Shown piece by piece: positions 16,797-26,324 of a stretch of 64,000 nt of DNA. Numbering within the stretch: position 1 is the first letter of the stretch; each line of letters begins with the position of its first letter. This DNA is from an uncultured Lentimicrobiaceae bacterium. GTDB lineage: Bacteria; Bacteroidota; Bacteroidia; Bacteroidales; JAGNHN01. The notes under the pieces were generated by a model that had not been told where the DNA came from, did not search any database, and worked only from the letters and a program-made list of their open reading frames with translations. Both the position numbers and the translations under genes were made by a program. The stretch spans positions 9,753 through 73,752 of the forward strand of contig CAZPYJ010000018.1 in NCBI GenBank assembly GCA_964590645.1, given 5' to 3'.

Positions 16797-19145
16797 ATGA
16801 GTATAATCCGAACCCTGGTTGTTTGCCTGATCTCCCTTTTTGTATATCCCACCCTGGCCCAGGGTGTGGGAATCGGTCACTGGCGCGATCACCTGCCGTA
16901 CAACAATGTGATCTCCCTGGCCGAAGCCGGGACCATCATTTATGCTGCTACACCCTACTCGCTCTATTACTGGGACGATGCTGACGGATCCATCAACCGG
17001 CTCGGAAAAGTGGAGGGATTGAGCGATTTCGGCATCGCTGCCATCGATTACAGCAAGGAAAACAAAACACTCTTCATTGCATACAACAATGCCAACATCG
17101 ACCTGCTGCGCAATGGGCGCATTATCAATATCCCCGACATCAAACGAAAACCCATACTTGGAAACAAGGTCATTCGCAATGTGACCCTGGAAGGACCCTT
17201 CGCCTACCTGAGCTGCGGGTTTGGAATTGTAGTGGTTGATGTCCAACGCAGCGAGATCAAAGACACCTGGTATATAGGGGCAGAAGGGGATTTTGTGGAT
17301 GTGTACGACATCATTTTTAACGAAGAAAGCATTTTTGCTGCCACCACAGAAGGCATATACACGGCATCGCGTACCCATCCTAACCTGGCCAATTTTGAAG
17401 CCTGGACGCGCGACACCCAACTCCCGGATCCCAATGCCGCCTTCAATACCCTGGTTTTTTTCGATGGGAAACTGCACGCCAACAACGCCAACCCGGTGTA
17501 CAATACCGATACGGTATTTGTGCGTGACCCCCTGGATGGAAGCTGGTCGAAAATGCCCGCAGAAGGCAATGCAGGAAAACACAAGCTCAGGGTATTCAAC
17601 GACAAACTCTATGTGGTGAACAATGGGGATGTAACCATATACAATCCCGGCTACCAGGTGGACGGGAGAATATACCAGTACAATCAACCCGATTCCCTCA
17701 TTATCCCTGCCCCTGTGGATGTCCTCAGGGATAAAAACGGATATGACTGGATTGCCGATGCGATGAGCGGCCTGGTGCGTACCGAGAACATCTGGGGCAA
17801 TGCCATCATCCGGCCGGATGGCCCGCGAAGCAATAAGGTGTTCGAAATGTCCATCGTAGATCACAGTCTGTGGGTAGCTCCGGGCGGCCGCAATCTGCAG
17901 TGGAGCAATATATTTACCCCTGGGGCCCTCTACAGTTTTACCGATGAAAACTGGTCCAGCTTCGACAGAAATAACCTGCCCGTCTTTGACGAAGTCAGGG
18001 ATGTCCTGAGTGTGACCGTGGATCCCAATGAGCGGACGCGTGTGTTTGCAGGCAGTTGGGGGTTTGGCTTGTTCGAATTCAGAAACAATCAGCTCTATGC
18101 CCGCTATGATGCCTCCAATACTCCTTTACAGGCTCCCCCGCAATTGCAGGACAAAGAGATCAGGATTGGCGGAATGGCCTGGGACCGGAACCGCAACTTG
18201 TGGATGAGTACCTCCGATGCCACCAACCTGCTCAACGTACTGACAAACAATGGGGAATGGTTTTCCTATTACCTGGGAAACCTGACTTTCGGGGCTTCGC
18301 AGACAGAAGTGGGTAAGGTAGTGATCGATGATTTTGGGCAGAAATGGGTAATGATGCGCGGAAGTAAGATTCTTGTTTTCAACGACAACAATACCCTGAG
18401 CAAACTCACCGATGACCAGGCCCGGATCCTGGGAGCAGGCATCGGGCAGGGAAACATCCCGGGCAGCCGTGTTTTCAGTATGGCCAGAGACAGGGACGGC
18501 GAGATATGGATCGGTACGGATGAGGGCGTAGCGGTATTTTATGCCCCGGGCAATGTCTTTTCAGGATTTGATTTCGATGCCCAGAAGATCCTCGTGGAAG
18601 TGGGTGGGTATGTGCAGTATCTGCTGGAAGAGGAAACCGTGACCGCCATTGCTGTGGATGGTGCCAACCGGAAATGGTTCGGTACCGACCGGGCGGGTGT
18701 CTTCCTGATGTCGCCTGACGGGACGCAGCAAATCCACCATTTTACGGAAGAAAACAGTCCGCTGCTTTCCAACACCATCACCGACATTGCCATCAATCAC
18801 GAAACCGGAGAAGTATTCATCGGAACGGCCCTGGGATTGATCTCATTCAAGTCGTCAGCCACTCAGGGAGGCATCAGCAATAACAAGGTCTATGCCTACC
18901 CCAATCCCGTGCACCCGGGCTATAGCGGTCCCATCGCCATCAAAGGCCTGGTTACCGATGCGGATGTAAAGATTACCAATATCGCCGGAGAACTGGTGTA
19001 TGCGACCCGCGCGGAAGGGGGACAGGCGGTATGGAATGGACGCAACTTCAACGGACAAAGAGCCTCCACAGGAGTGTACCTGGTGTTTATCTCCAACGAT
19101 GACGGATCGGAAACCATCGTTACCAAAGTCCTCTTCATCCAATAA
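16797..19145 (+). CDS. porZ: T9SS component PorZ-like protein (two beta-propellers plus CTD)
   Basis: Signal peptide MSIIRTLVVCLISLFVYPTLAQ. Repeats resemble the two-component-regulator propeller type. The C-terminal domain VYAYPNPVHPGYSGPIAIKGLVTDADVKITNIAGELVY..TGVYLVFIS..TKVLFIQ matches my memory of PorZ orthologues. Confidence 0.6.
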   Translation: MSIIRTLVVCLISLFVYPTLAQGVGIGHWRDHLPYNNVISLAEAGTIIYAATPYSLYYWDDADGSINRLGKVEGLSDFGIAAIDYSKENKTLFIAYNNANIDLLRNGRIINIPDIKRKPILGNKVIRNVTLEGPFAYLSCGFGIVVVDVQRSEIKDTWYIGAEGDFVDVYDIIFNEESIFAATTEGIYTASRTHPNLANFEAWTRDTQLPDPNAAFNTLVFFDGKLHANNANPVYNTDTVFVRDPLDGSWSKMPAEGNAGKHKLRVFNDKLYVVNNGDVTIYNPGYQVDGRIYQYNQPDSLIIPAPVDVLRDKNGYDWIADAMSGLVRTENIWGNAIIRPDGPRSNKVFEMSIVDHSLWVAPGGRNLQWSNIFTPGALYSFTDENWSSFDRNNLPVFDEVRDVLSVTVDPNERTRVFAGSWGFGLFEFRNNQLYARYDASNTPLQAPPQLQDKEIRIGGMAWDRNRNLWMSTSDATNLLNVLTNNGEWFSYYLGNLTFGASQTEVGKVVIDDFGQKWVMMRGSKILVFNDNNTLSKLTDDQARILGAGIGQGNIPGSRVFSMARDRDGEIWIGTDEGVAVFYAPGNVFSGFDFDAQKILVEVGGYVQYLLEEETVTAIAVDGANRKWFGTDRAGVFLMSPDGTQQIHHFTEENSPLLSNTITDIAINHETGEVFIGTALGLISFKSSATQGGISNNKVYAYPNPVHPGYSGPIAIKGLVTDADVKITNIAGELVYATRAEGGQAVWNGRNFNGQRASTGVYLVFISNDDGSETIVTKVLFIQ

Positions 19146-19167
19146 AAAAAAAGGCTTAACCCCTCCA

Positions 19168-19893
19168 ATGCTTCTCAAAACCCGCGGTATCGTCCTTCAT
19201 CGCCTCCGCTATTCGGAAAGCAGCCTGATCGTCAAGGTATATACGGAAGCACTGGGCCTCAGGTCATATATGCTGAAAGGTATTCTGGGCAAAACCCGTG
19301 GAAAGAGTGCCGGGCTGTATAGCGGCTTGTCTCTGCTCGAGCTTGTCGTATATGAGCAAAAACGGGCGGGATTGCAGCGCATCAGGGAGGCCCGCCTGGC
19401 TCATCATCCGCAATTCATCCCCTTTGATCCGGCACGCCAGGCTATACAGCTTTTCCTGAATGAGATATTGTTGAAATGCCTGCGTGAAGAAGCCGCCAAT
19501 CCTTCCCTCTTCACCTTTTTATGGGATCAGCTGCTGTGCCTGGATACAGAAAGCAATCCCGGGGCTTCCTTCCACCTCTATTTTCTCCTCTTGCTGAGCC
19601 GACACCTGGGATTTGGCCCCGACAGCAGGCATCAGGAAGGACTGGTATTCAGTCTTAAGGAAGGCGGATTCAGGCCGTCCGACAGTCAGGATGACAGCCT
19701 GCTGAACCCGCAACTGAGTGAGGCACTGTACCAGCTGATGAGCAGGGGCGCCTCCTGTCCAATGGGCCAGCAAACCCGAAGACAGCTGCTTCAGGCCCTC
19801 CTGGATTATTACCGCCATCACCAGGAAGGCCTGGGCGAATTTCAATCCAATGCTGTGCTGGCTGCCCTTTTTCAACCCACGGAAAAACCCTGA
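19168..19893 (+). CDS. recO: DNA repair protein RecO
   Basis: Trimmed to the ATG at 19168. The N-terminal OB-fold pattern MLLKTRGIVLHRLRYSESSLIVKVYT and the size (~241 aa) fit RecO. Confidence 0.8.
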   Translation: MLLKTRGIVLHRLRYSESSLIVKVYTEALGLRSYMLKGILGKTRGKSAGLYSGLSLLELVVYEQKRAGLQRIREARLAHHPQFIPFDPARQAIQLFLNEILLKCLREEAANPSLFTFLWDQLLCLDTESNPGASFHLYFLLLLSRHLGFGPDSRHQEGLVFSLKEGGFRPSDSQDDSLLNPQLSEALYQLMSRGASCPMGQQTRRQLLQALLDYYRHHQEGLGEFQSNAVLAALFQPTEKP

Positions 19894-19948
19894 GAACACC
19901 CTCTGTTAAGCACTCCGCTTCCGGCTTAAACCAAGCCTGGCCATTTAC

Positions 19949-19956
19949 TATCTTTG
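19949..19956 (+). promoter_or_regulatory. -7 box (TAtcTTTG) for lysS
   Basis: Exact match, 15 nt before the ATG at 19972. Confidence 0.5.
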
Positions 19957-19971
19957 CAAAAATTTGGAACA

Positions 19972-21696
19972 ATGCATCTGGAATTAAGCGAACAGGAACA
20001 GATTCGCCGGGAGGCCCTGCAACAACTCCGGGAATTGGGAATCGACCCGTATCCTCCCCAGGGATGGAAGGTCAGTCATCAGGCCAAAGAAATCCTGCTG
20101 GGGTTTGAAAAGGATGAAAGCACGTTTTCCAGTGTCTCCCTGGCCGGTCGCATAATGGGACGGCGCATTATGGGAGCCGCCTCATTCGTGGAGCTGCAAG
20201 ACAGCAGCGGCCGTATCCAGCTCTACCTGAAACGCGATATTCTATGCCCTGAAGAAGACAAGTCGCTGTATAATACCGTATTCAAAAAGCTGACTGACAT
20301 CGGAGACATCATCGGGGTGAAAGGCCGGGTATTTCGCACCCAGATGGGAGAAATCAGCGTGGAAGTCAGCGAACTGTGCCTGCTGAGTAAATCCCTGCGG
20401 CCCCTGCCGGTGGTGAAAGAAAAAGACGGCAAGACCTGGGACGCCTTTACCGACCCCGACCAGCGCTATCGCCAGCGCTACCTCGACCTGATCGTGAATC
20501 CGGAGGTCAGAAAGACTTTTGTGCAACGCACCCTGATGGTGAATACAATGCGCGCTTTCCTGAATGAGCGCGGATACCTTGAAGTGGAAACGCCTATCCT
20601 GCAGCCCCTATACGGAGGCGCAGCAGCCCGCCCGTTCAAAACCCACCACAACACCCTCGATATGACGCTCTACCTGCGCATTGCCAATGAGCTCTACCTG
20701 AAGAGGCTGATCGTGGGAGGCTTCGATGGAGTCTATGAGTTTTCCAAAGATTTCCGCAATGAGGGGATGAGCCGCTTCCATAATCCGGAATTCACCCAGG
20801 TGGAACTCTACGTGGCCTACAAAGATTATGAATGGATGATGGCCCTGACGGAGGAAATGGTGGAAAAGGTCGCCCTGGCAATGCACGGCAGCACACAGGT
20901 AAAGGTGGGTGAGCACCTCATCGACTTCAAGCGTCCCTGGAAAAGGTTTACGATGTATGAAGCCATCCGGCACTACACCGGGATTGATATTTCAGAGATG
21001 GATGAGGATGCCCTGCGCCAGACTGCGGAAAAACTGAATGTGCCTACCGACCCCTCAATGGGAAAAGGCAAGCTGATCGATGAGATTTTCGGGGAATGCT
21101 GCGAAGCCCACCTGATCCAACCCACTTTCATCACGGATTATCCGGTGGAAATGTCACCCCTGGCAAAGAAACACCGCCACAAGGAAGGTTTGGTGGAGCG
21201 TTTTGAAGCCATCTGCAACGGGAAGGAAATCTGCAATTCCTTTACAGAGCTGAACGACCCCCTGGATCAAAGGAAGCGCTTTGAAGACCAGCTTGAGCTG
21301 GGGAAAAGGGGAGACGACGAGTCGATGGTGCTGGATGAAGATTTTCTGCGCGCCCTGGAATATGGGATGCCCCCCACAGCAGGTTTGGGCATAGGCATCG
21401 ATCGCCTGGCGATGATTATGACCAATGCCCCCTCCATCCAGGATGTGCTGCTTTTCCCACAGATGCGCCCGGAGCATAAACCCCGGTTGGATGCCGACAG
21501 GGTTTTCACGGAAGCAGGGATCCCTGAAGAATGGATACCCCTGATCCGCAAGGCCGGATTCCAAACCCTGGACAATCTGAGAAAAGAAGAACCCGCATCC
21601 CTTATGAACAAACTGAACGGCTTGCGGAAGAAGTTGAAAATGGACTTTCCTGCCCTGCAGCCCGATCAGGTGACAGCCTGGATGCAGATTGCCTAA
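19972..21696 (+). CDS. lysS: Lysine--tRNA ligase (class II) with C-terminal extension
   Basis: OB-fold anticodon domain and class II motifs ([18 protein letters not shown]). The ~80-aa C-terminal extension is common in Bacteroidota LysRS. Confidence 0.95.
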   Translation: MHLELSEQEQIRREALQQLRELGIDPYPPQGWKVSHQAKEILLGFEKDESTFSSVSLAGRIMGRRIMGAASFVELQDSSGRIQLYLKRDILCPEEDKSLYNTVFKKLTDIGDIIGVKGRVFRTQMGEISVEVSELCLLSKSLRPLPVVKEKDGKTWDAFTDPDQRYRQRYLDLIVNPEVRKTFVQRTLMVNTMRAFLNERGYLEVETPILQPLYGGAAARPFKTHHNTLDMTLYLRIANELYLKRLIVGGFDGVYEFSKDFRNEGMSRFHNPEFTQVELYVAYKDYEWMMALTEEMVEKVALAMHGSTQVKVGEHLIDFKRPWKRFTMYEAIRHYTGIDISEMDEDALRQTAEKLNVPTDPSMGKGKLIDEIFGECCEAHLIQPTFITDYPVEMSPLAKKHRHKEGLVERFEAICNGKEICNSFTELNDPLDQRKRFEDQLELGKRGDDESMVLDEDFLRALEYGMPPTAGLGIGIDRLAMIMTNAPSIQDVLLFPQMRPEHKPRLDADRVFTEAGIPEEWIPLIRKAGFQTLDNLRKEEPASLMNKLNGLRKKLKMDFPALQPDQVTAWMQIA

Positions 21697-21778
21697 AACA
21701 AGAGGTCAGGCGTATTGCCTTTTCATTAAGATTCAGGCACAGTTTTGGATCAATCCGGGACGAATTGCCATCAATGCT

Positions 21779-21786
21779 TATATTTG
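21779..21786 (+). promoter_or_regulatory. -7 box (TAtaTTTG) for the TPR gene
   Basis: Exact match, 36 nt before the ATG at 21823. Confidence 0.45.
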
Positions 21787-21822
21787 TGGCCTTGAGAAAG
21801 AAATCCTTAACCTAAATTTTAA

Positions 21823-22803
21823 ATGATGAAAAAAACGGCCAAGCTGATCACTTTGACCTTAAGCCTTATTGCTTTACTTGCTTTTGGAAGCCTGAATGCC
21901 CAAAGCCTGGACGAAGCCGGGATACTGTTTAACCAGGGGGTGGAACAAATGAAAGCCGAACAATTTGAACAGGCGATCACCACTTTTGAAGCTACCGTAG
22001 CCATTTGCGACCAATTGGGTGCTGAGGGAAGCGAGCTGAAGGAGAGGGCAATACAACAGATCCCTGACCTGCATTACCGCCTCGGACTGGCACTATACAG
22101 AGAAAAGAAAATCCAGGAATCCATTGTTCGCCTGGAGCAGGCCGCCGAAGTATCAAAAGAGCTTGGAGATGAGAGTACCCTGGCCAAAGCCCAAAAACTG
22201 CTTCCTCAACTGATTTATGCCGTGGGAATGGCTGAATATAAAAAGGACAACTTCGAGGCGGCTTTGGATAAAATGGATGCCGCCCTCACTTATGATGAAA
22301 CCTATGCCAAGGCTTACCTCGGCAAGGCATTGATCTTAAACAAACAGGATAATGCGGACGAAATGCAGCTCAGCTTGCAGAAAGCCATTGCCTTTGGGGA
22401 AGAGGACGGAGATTCGAAAACCGTGGCCTCTGCCAGGGAGATCGGGTACAAAGGTTTTCTGGTTCGCGGACAGAAAGCCCTGCAAGGGAATAATTTTGCA
22501 GAGGCAGAATCATACCTTGGCCTGGCTGCTTCTTACAATGACACCGAAGCCAACCTGCATTATCTGCTTGCTGTCACCTACAACAAGCTGCAAAAGTGGG
22601 AGCTGGCCCGGGATGAGGCCGCCAAGGCGGTGGAAATGGAGGAAAGCCCGGATAAGCAGGCTGCTGCCTGGTTTGAGTTGGGTACCGCCTATGAAAAGCT
22701 GGGAGATAACGGCAATGCCTGTGATGCCTACTCAAAAGCACTTACCGGCCCCAATGGTGCTGCTGCCAAGTACCAGCGCGAAGAAGTGTTGAAGTGCCCC
22801 TGA
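21823..22803 (+). CDS. Tetratricopeptide-repeat protein (secreted)
   Basis: Signal peptide plus repeated TPR-like A..Y..A helices (YAKAYLGKALIL, NLHYLLAVTYNKL, AWFELGTAYEKLG). Confidence 0.65.
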   Translation: MMKKTAKLITLTLSLIALLAFGSLNAQSLDEAGILFNQGVEQMKAEQFEQAITTFEATVAICDQLGAEGSELKERAIQQIPDLHYRLGLALYREKKIQESIVRLEQAAEVSKELGDESTLAKAQKLLPQLIYAVGMAEYKKDNFEAALDKMDAALTYDETYAKAYLGKALILNKQDNADEMQLSLQKAIAFGEEDGDSKTVASAREIGYKGFLVRGQKALQGNNFAEAESYLGLAASYNDTEANLHYLLAVTYNKLQKWELARDEAAKAVEMEESPDKQAAAWFELGTAYEKLGDNGNACDAYSKALTGPNGAAAKYQREEVLKCP

Positions 22804-22842
22804 TTGGGGAGAGTGATATTTGATTGGAACAACCTTCCTGTC

Positions 22843-22870
22843 AGCCTCCGGGCCGGGAAGGCTTTTCTTT
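22843..22870 (+). terminator. Intrinsic terminator after the TPR gene
   Basis: Stem agcctcc/ggaaggct with one bulge and a 6-nt loop, followed by ttttcttt. It lies between convergent genes. Confidence 0.5.
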
Positions 22871-22873
22871 TCA

Positions 22874-24301
22874 TTATTCAGACCAGAGAAGGAAGAGGGC
22901 TTTGGCAATGCCCGTATTATTGAGAATGGGCCCGTAAAACGGATCTTCACCTTCAATAAAATCTTTGAAGGAGCCACTGCCGGCCCCTTTGGCATAGAAG
23001 GGGATCAGATGATTGGTATGGCTGTCGCTGTTCCAACGCATCAGAGGCATTTTGCCCTTACCCTGGTTTATCACAGGATTGTGCTCAGGGTGATGCTCTT
23101 CCTCCCTGGGCCCTGTAAGGTAACCGCATTCGTGGTCACCGGTCACGATGAGCAGGCTCTCCTCCCAGCCTCCGTGGGCATTGATCCATTCGATGGCGGC
23201 ATCCACAGCGGCATTAAAATCCATCATTTCTTCTATCATTCGTCCGCTTTCATTATTGTGCGAAGCCCAATCCACGGCTCCACCTTCTACCATCAAAAAG
23301 AAGCCATCTTCATCCTGATTGAGCACATTGACCGCTGCCAGGAACATTTCCTTCAAACTCGGTACATTTTGGTTCAGGACTTCGGCAAAAGGTTCGGCCC
23401 CGGCATCCCCCTTGCGTTCCTGTTGCAATGTTTTCGCTACCTGCGCAGTGCCAAGCACACGTAAAGGAACATCGCTGTGCTGCAATGCAATGAAATCCTC
23501 CCGGCTTTCGATCAGGGTCCAGGGATCCGCAATGCCGTCACCATCCACATCCTGCACTACCCTGTTCCCGGACGGCGAGGGTTCACTAAACTGAAAGTAT
23601 CCCTTTCTAAGAGCCTTCCAGCTATCCTCACCCCCTACATAATCATAATTGGCTTCCTCATTCAGGCGCTCTCCGTTTTCGTCATAATGCGGATGACCTG
23701 CGCCCATAATCACACGCAGACGTGTATCCAGCAACATCTCACGGGCTATTTCCGCATAGTTGCTGCGCAGGGCATTGTGGGCGGCAAAGCCTGCCGGAGT
23801 AGCGTGCGACCATTGCACCGATGTAAGCAATCCGGTTGATTTCCCCAGCTGTTCGGCCTTCTCGGTGATATGAACCAGAGGTCTTCCCGACGGATCCATC
23901 CCGATCATTTTGGAGAGGGTACGCTGTCCGGTAGACATAGCAGTGGCAGCTTCTGCGGATCCGGTGTAGCCCTGGTTGGCATAATCAAAACGGGCCCAGA
24001 TACTATCCGGCTCATACCCGCCCATAAGCCATTGCGGAGCATTTTTCACCCGGTAGGCGGCCGGATAGGTGCTCAGAGCGTAACGGACAGGAAAATGGGC
24101 ATAGGCCTGGGCATCCGCCCTCCCGGCAACATAATAGTCGGTAGCGGCAATGTGCTGGTAGCCCCATCCATCTGCAATAAAGAAAAAAATGTTTTTGGGT
24201 ACAGTACTTTGTGCGTGGATGGCAAGGGCAGAAAAGAACAGTAGCCCGGATACGGCTATGGCCGTTCTCAGTTTATGAAAGGACCTCATTGTGCTATTCA
24301 T
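22874..24301 (-). CDS. Alkaline phosphatase family protein (secreted)
   Basis: FFIADGWG metal-site Asp, a nucleophile region YTGSAEAATAMSTG, then DHECG and SHTN ligand motifs. The ATG at 24301 is preferred over the TTG at 24316. Confidence 0.8.
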   Translation of the reverse strand: MNSTMRSFHKLRTAIAVSGLLFFSALAIHAQSTVPKNIFFFIADGWGYQHIAATDYYVAGRADAQAYAHFPVRYALSTYPAAYRVKNAPQWLMGGYEPDSIWARFDYANQGYTGSAEAATAMSTGQRTLSKMIGMDPSGRPLVHITEKAEQLGKSTGLLTSVQWSHATPAGFAAHNALRSNYAEIAREMLLDTRLRVIMGAGHPHYDENGERLNEEANYDYVGGEDSWKALRKGYFQFSEPSPSGNRVVQDVDGDGIADPWTLIESREDFIALQHSDVPLRVLGTAQVAKTLQQERKGDAGAEPFAEVLNQNVPSLKEMFLAAVNVLNQDEDGFFLMVEGGAVDWASHNNESGRMIEEMMDFNAAVDAAIEWINAHGGWEESLLIVTGDHECGYLTGPREEEHHPEHNPVINQGKGKMPLMRWNSDSHTNHLIPFYAKGAGSGSFKDFIEGEDPFYGPILNNTGIAKALFLLWSE

Positions 24302-24323
24302 TTTGTGGTGATTCAATCCCTGC

Positions 24324-24331
24324 CAAAATTA
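24324..24331 (-). promoter_or_regulatory. -7 box (TAatTTTG) for the alkaline phosphatase gene
   Basis: caaaatta on the plus strand, 22 nt upstream of the ATG at 24301. Confidence 0.45.
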
Positions 24332-24462
24332 GGATGATAATGCGCAACGCAAAGCGGGAGAGCAGTTAATTCTGGGTTAAGTTAAGGCAGACAAAGTGTG
24401 GCGGGCTGAAAAAGCATAATGAAAACCGGGGGTTTGATTGCGTCCTGCAGCATTCTTGCTGC

Positions 24463-25404
24463 TTACATATCAGACAAATTCATTTTTGCCGTCTGGTATT
24501 CCTGCAAGAGTTTCTGCATTATCTGCTTCACGGGAAGAATGTTATCGATCTGGGCAGAGACCTGTCCTATCTCCAGTTCTCCTTCCTCCGTATCCCCTTC
24601 AAACATACCCTGCTTGGCCCTTCCCCGGCCCAGTATGGCGGCCAGTTCATCTGCGCTGGCTCCTTCCGTTTCGCGTGTATGTATCTGCTCGAAGAAGGGG
24701 TTTCGCAGCAGGCGCACCGGCACCACCTTTTTCAGGCTCAGCATTGTATCTCCTTCTCCAGCCTTTACAATGCTTTCCTTGAAGGCTGGGTGTGCGGAAG
24801 ACTCTGCAGAGGCGGCAAACAGGCTCCCAATCTGCACACCGTCGGCACCCAGGGCAAAAGCGGCCAGAATAGCCTGACCGGAACCAATCCCACCGGCAGC
24901 GATCAGCGGAATGCTGATTTTTTTCCTGACCAGGGGTATCAGGGCCATCGTGGTGGTTTCCTCTCTTCCATTGTGCCCACCGGCTTCAAAGCCTTCAGCC
25001 ACCACAGCATCCACCCCTGCCGCTTCGCATTTGACAGCCAGTCGTGCGCTGGGAACGACGTGGGCTACCCTGATCCCATTCTCCTTCAGCAGGCGGGTGT
25101 ACTTCGCCGGATTCCCCGCAGAGGTAAAGACAATGGGGACCTTCTCTTCCAGGATGATCTGCATCAGCTCCTCCGTCTGTGGATAAAGCAGGGGCACGTT
25201 CACCCCAAATGGCTTATCTGTGGCGTCAAAGGTTTTTCGGATGTGTTCCCTGAAAACATCCGGATACATCGACCCGGCCCCAATGAGTCCAAGCCCCCCT
25301 GCCTTGCTCACAGCTGCAGTCAACTTCCAGCCGCTGCACCAGATCATCCCTCCCTGAATAATGGGATAGCGAATACCAAACAGAGAAGCAATGCTTTGGC
25401 TCAT
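24463..25404 (-). CDS. FMN-dependent nitronate monooxygenase / FabK-like oxidoreductase
   Basis: IRYPIIQGGM, AEGFEAGGHNG and IAAGGIGSG motifs. The start overlaps the upstream stop (ATGA). Confidence 0.8.
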   Translation of the reverse strand: MSQSIASLFGIRYPIIQGGMIWCSGWKLTAAVSKAGGLGLIGAGSMYPDVFREHIRKTFDATDKPFGVNVPLLYPQTEELMQIILEEKVPIVFTSAGNPAKYTRLLKENGIRVAHVVPSARLAVKCEAAGVDAVVAEGFEAGGHNGREETTTMALIPLVRKKISIPLIAAGGIGSGQAILAAFALGADGVQIGSLFAASAESSAHPAFKESIVKAGEGDTMLSLKKVVPVRLLRNPFFEQIHTRETEGASADELAAILGRGRAKQGMFEGDTEEGELEIGQVSAQIDNILPVKQIMQKLLQEYQTAKMNLSDM

Positions 25405-26309
25405 AGTTTTATAAAAAAGTCAAGCAGATAGGCTAAAGATAAAACAATGCTGCCGATAGAGGAAAGGGCAATGGCTTTGGTCATCGCCGGCGTATAAAAG
25501 CGGGTATCCGTAAAACGTCTTGACAGTGAAACCACTGCAACAGCCAGGGGGAGGGTGAGCAGCAGAAGCAGACTCCACCAGGTCAGAACGTCCAACAATA
25601 CCCCTGCAGGGACAGCCGCATAGGCAAGGATATTGCCCCACAGTAGGATCTGAACCGTCCTGGGCTGGCCAAAACGCACCGGAATGCACCTTTTTCCTGA
25701 CTTCACATCGTCGTCGTGATCGAAAATATTGGAGACAATGCCCACATTCATTGTGAATATACCTACAGGAACAGAGATAAGGAGAGGCTCCCAGCTGAAT
25801 TGTGCAGTCAGCACATAATACATCCCGAAGACAATCATCGGGCCGAAGGCAAAGAAAAGGGCGCTTTCTCCCAGGCCGCGGTAGTTCAGCCTGACCGGTG
25901 GAGCGGTATAGAAGAATACGATGAACGCTCCGGCGGCCATCAGATAAAGGACAGGGAGGCCCACCTCGATCAAAAGATAGATGCCGGCTCCCACTGCAAT
26001 CGCCAGGCTAAGGCCTGCGGCGATCAACACCTGTCGGGTGGTCACCTTGCCATCTATCAGCGGACTGTCGTGAAACTGCTGCTCTTTATTGCCCAGATTG
26101 CCATTGATGTAATCGTAATAATCATCGATAAAATCCGCTGCGCCGTGGGCCATTACAATCCCGATGGTAGCCACAATAAAGAGAGTCCAGTCGAACATCC
26201 CGTGCTGCCAGGCGATGAGCCCGCCCAGGATGGAAGGCAGCAGACTAACAACCAGGAAAGGAGCCCTGGCAGCTTTAAACCATACGATGAGGGTTTCTTT
26301 GAATGACAT
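25401..26309 (-). CDS. UbiA-superfamily prenyltransferase, MenA-like (both Asp-rich motifs intact)
   Basis: About 9 TM segments. First motif is AADFIDDYYDYINGNLG. Second motif is NIFDHDDDVKSGKRCIPVRFG, the MenA-like D...D..GK...V..G pattern. Confidence 0.75.
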   Translation of the reverse strand: MSFKETLIVWFKAARAPFLVVSLLPSILGGLIAWQHGMFDWTLFIVATIGIVMAHGAADFIDDYYDYINGNLGNKEQQFHDSPLIDGKVTTRQVLIAAGLSLAIAVGAGIYLLIEVGLPVLYLMAAGAFIVFFYTAPPVRLNYRGLGESALFFAFGPMIVFGMYYVLTAQFSWEPLLISVPVGIFTMNVGIVSNIFDHDDDVKSGKRCIPVRFGQPRTVQILLWGNILAYAAVPAGVLLDVLTWWSLLLLLTLPLAVAVVSLSRRFTDTRFYTPAMTKAIALSSIGSIVLSLAYLLDFFIKL

Positions 26310-26324
26310 AGTTAGAAATGAAGG

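Noticed and set aside
16773-17864. Long antisense or alternative-frame ORFs: 16773..17864(-), 60246..61346(+), 8309..9205(-), 27130..28035(+), 46655..47641(+), 47812..48777(-), 50095..50925(-), 44050..44964(+), 39080..39910(-), 445..1395(+).
   Set aside because: Each lies entirely opposite, or out of frame within, a gene with clear family motifs. Their translations are low-complexity or Gly/Pro/Arg-rich with no recognisable motifs. These are typical shadow ORFs in moderately GC-rich DNA.
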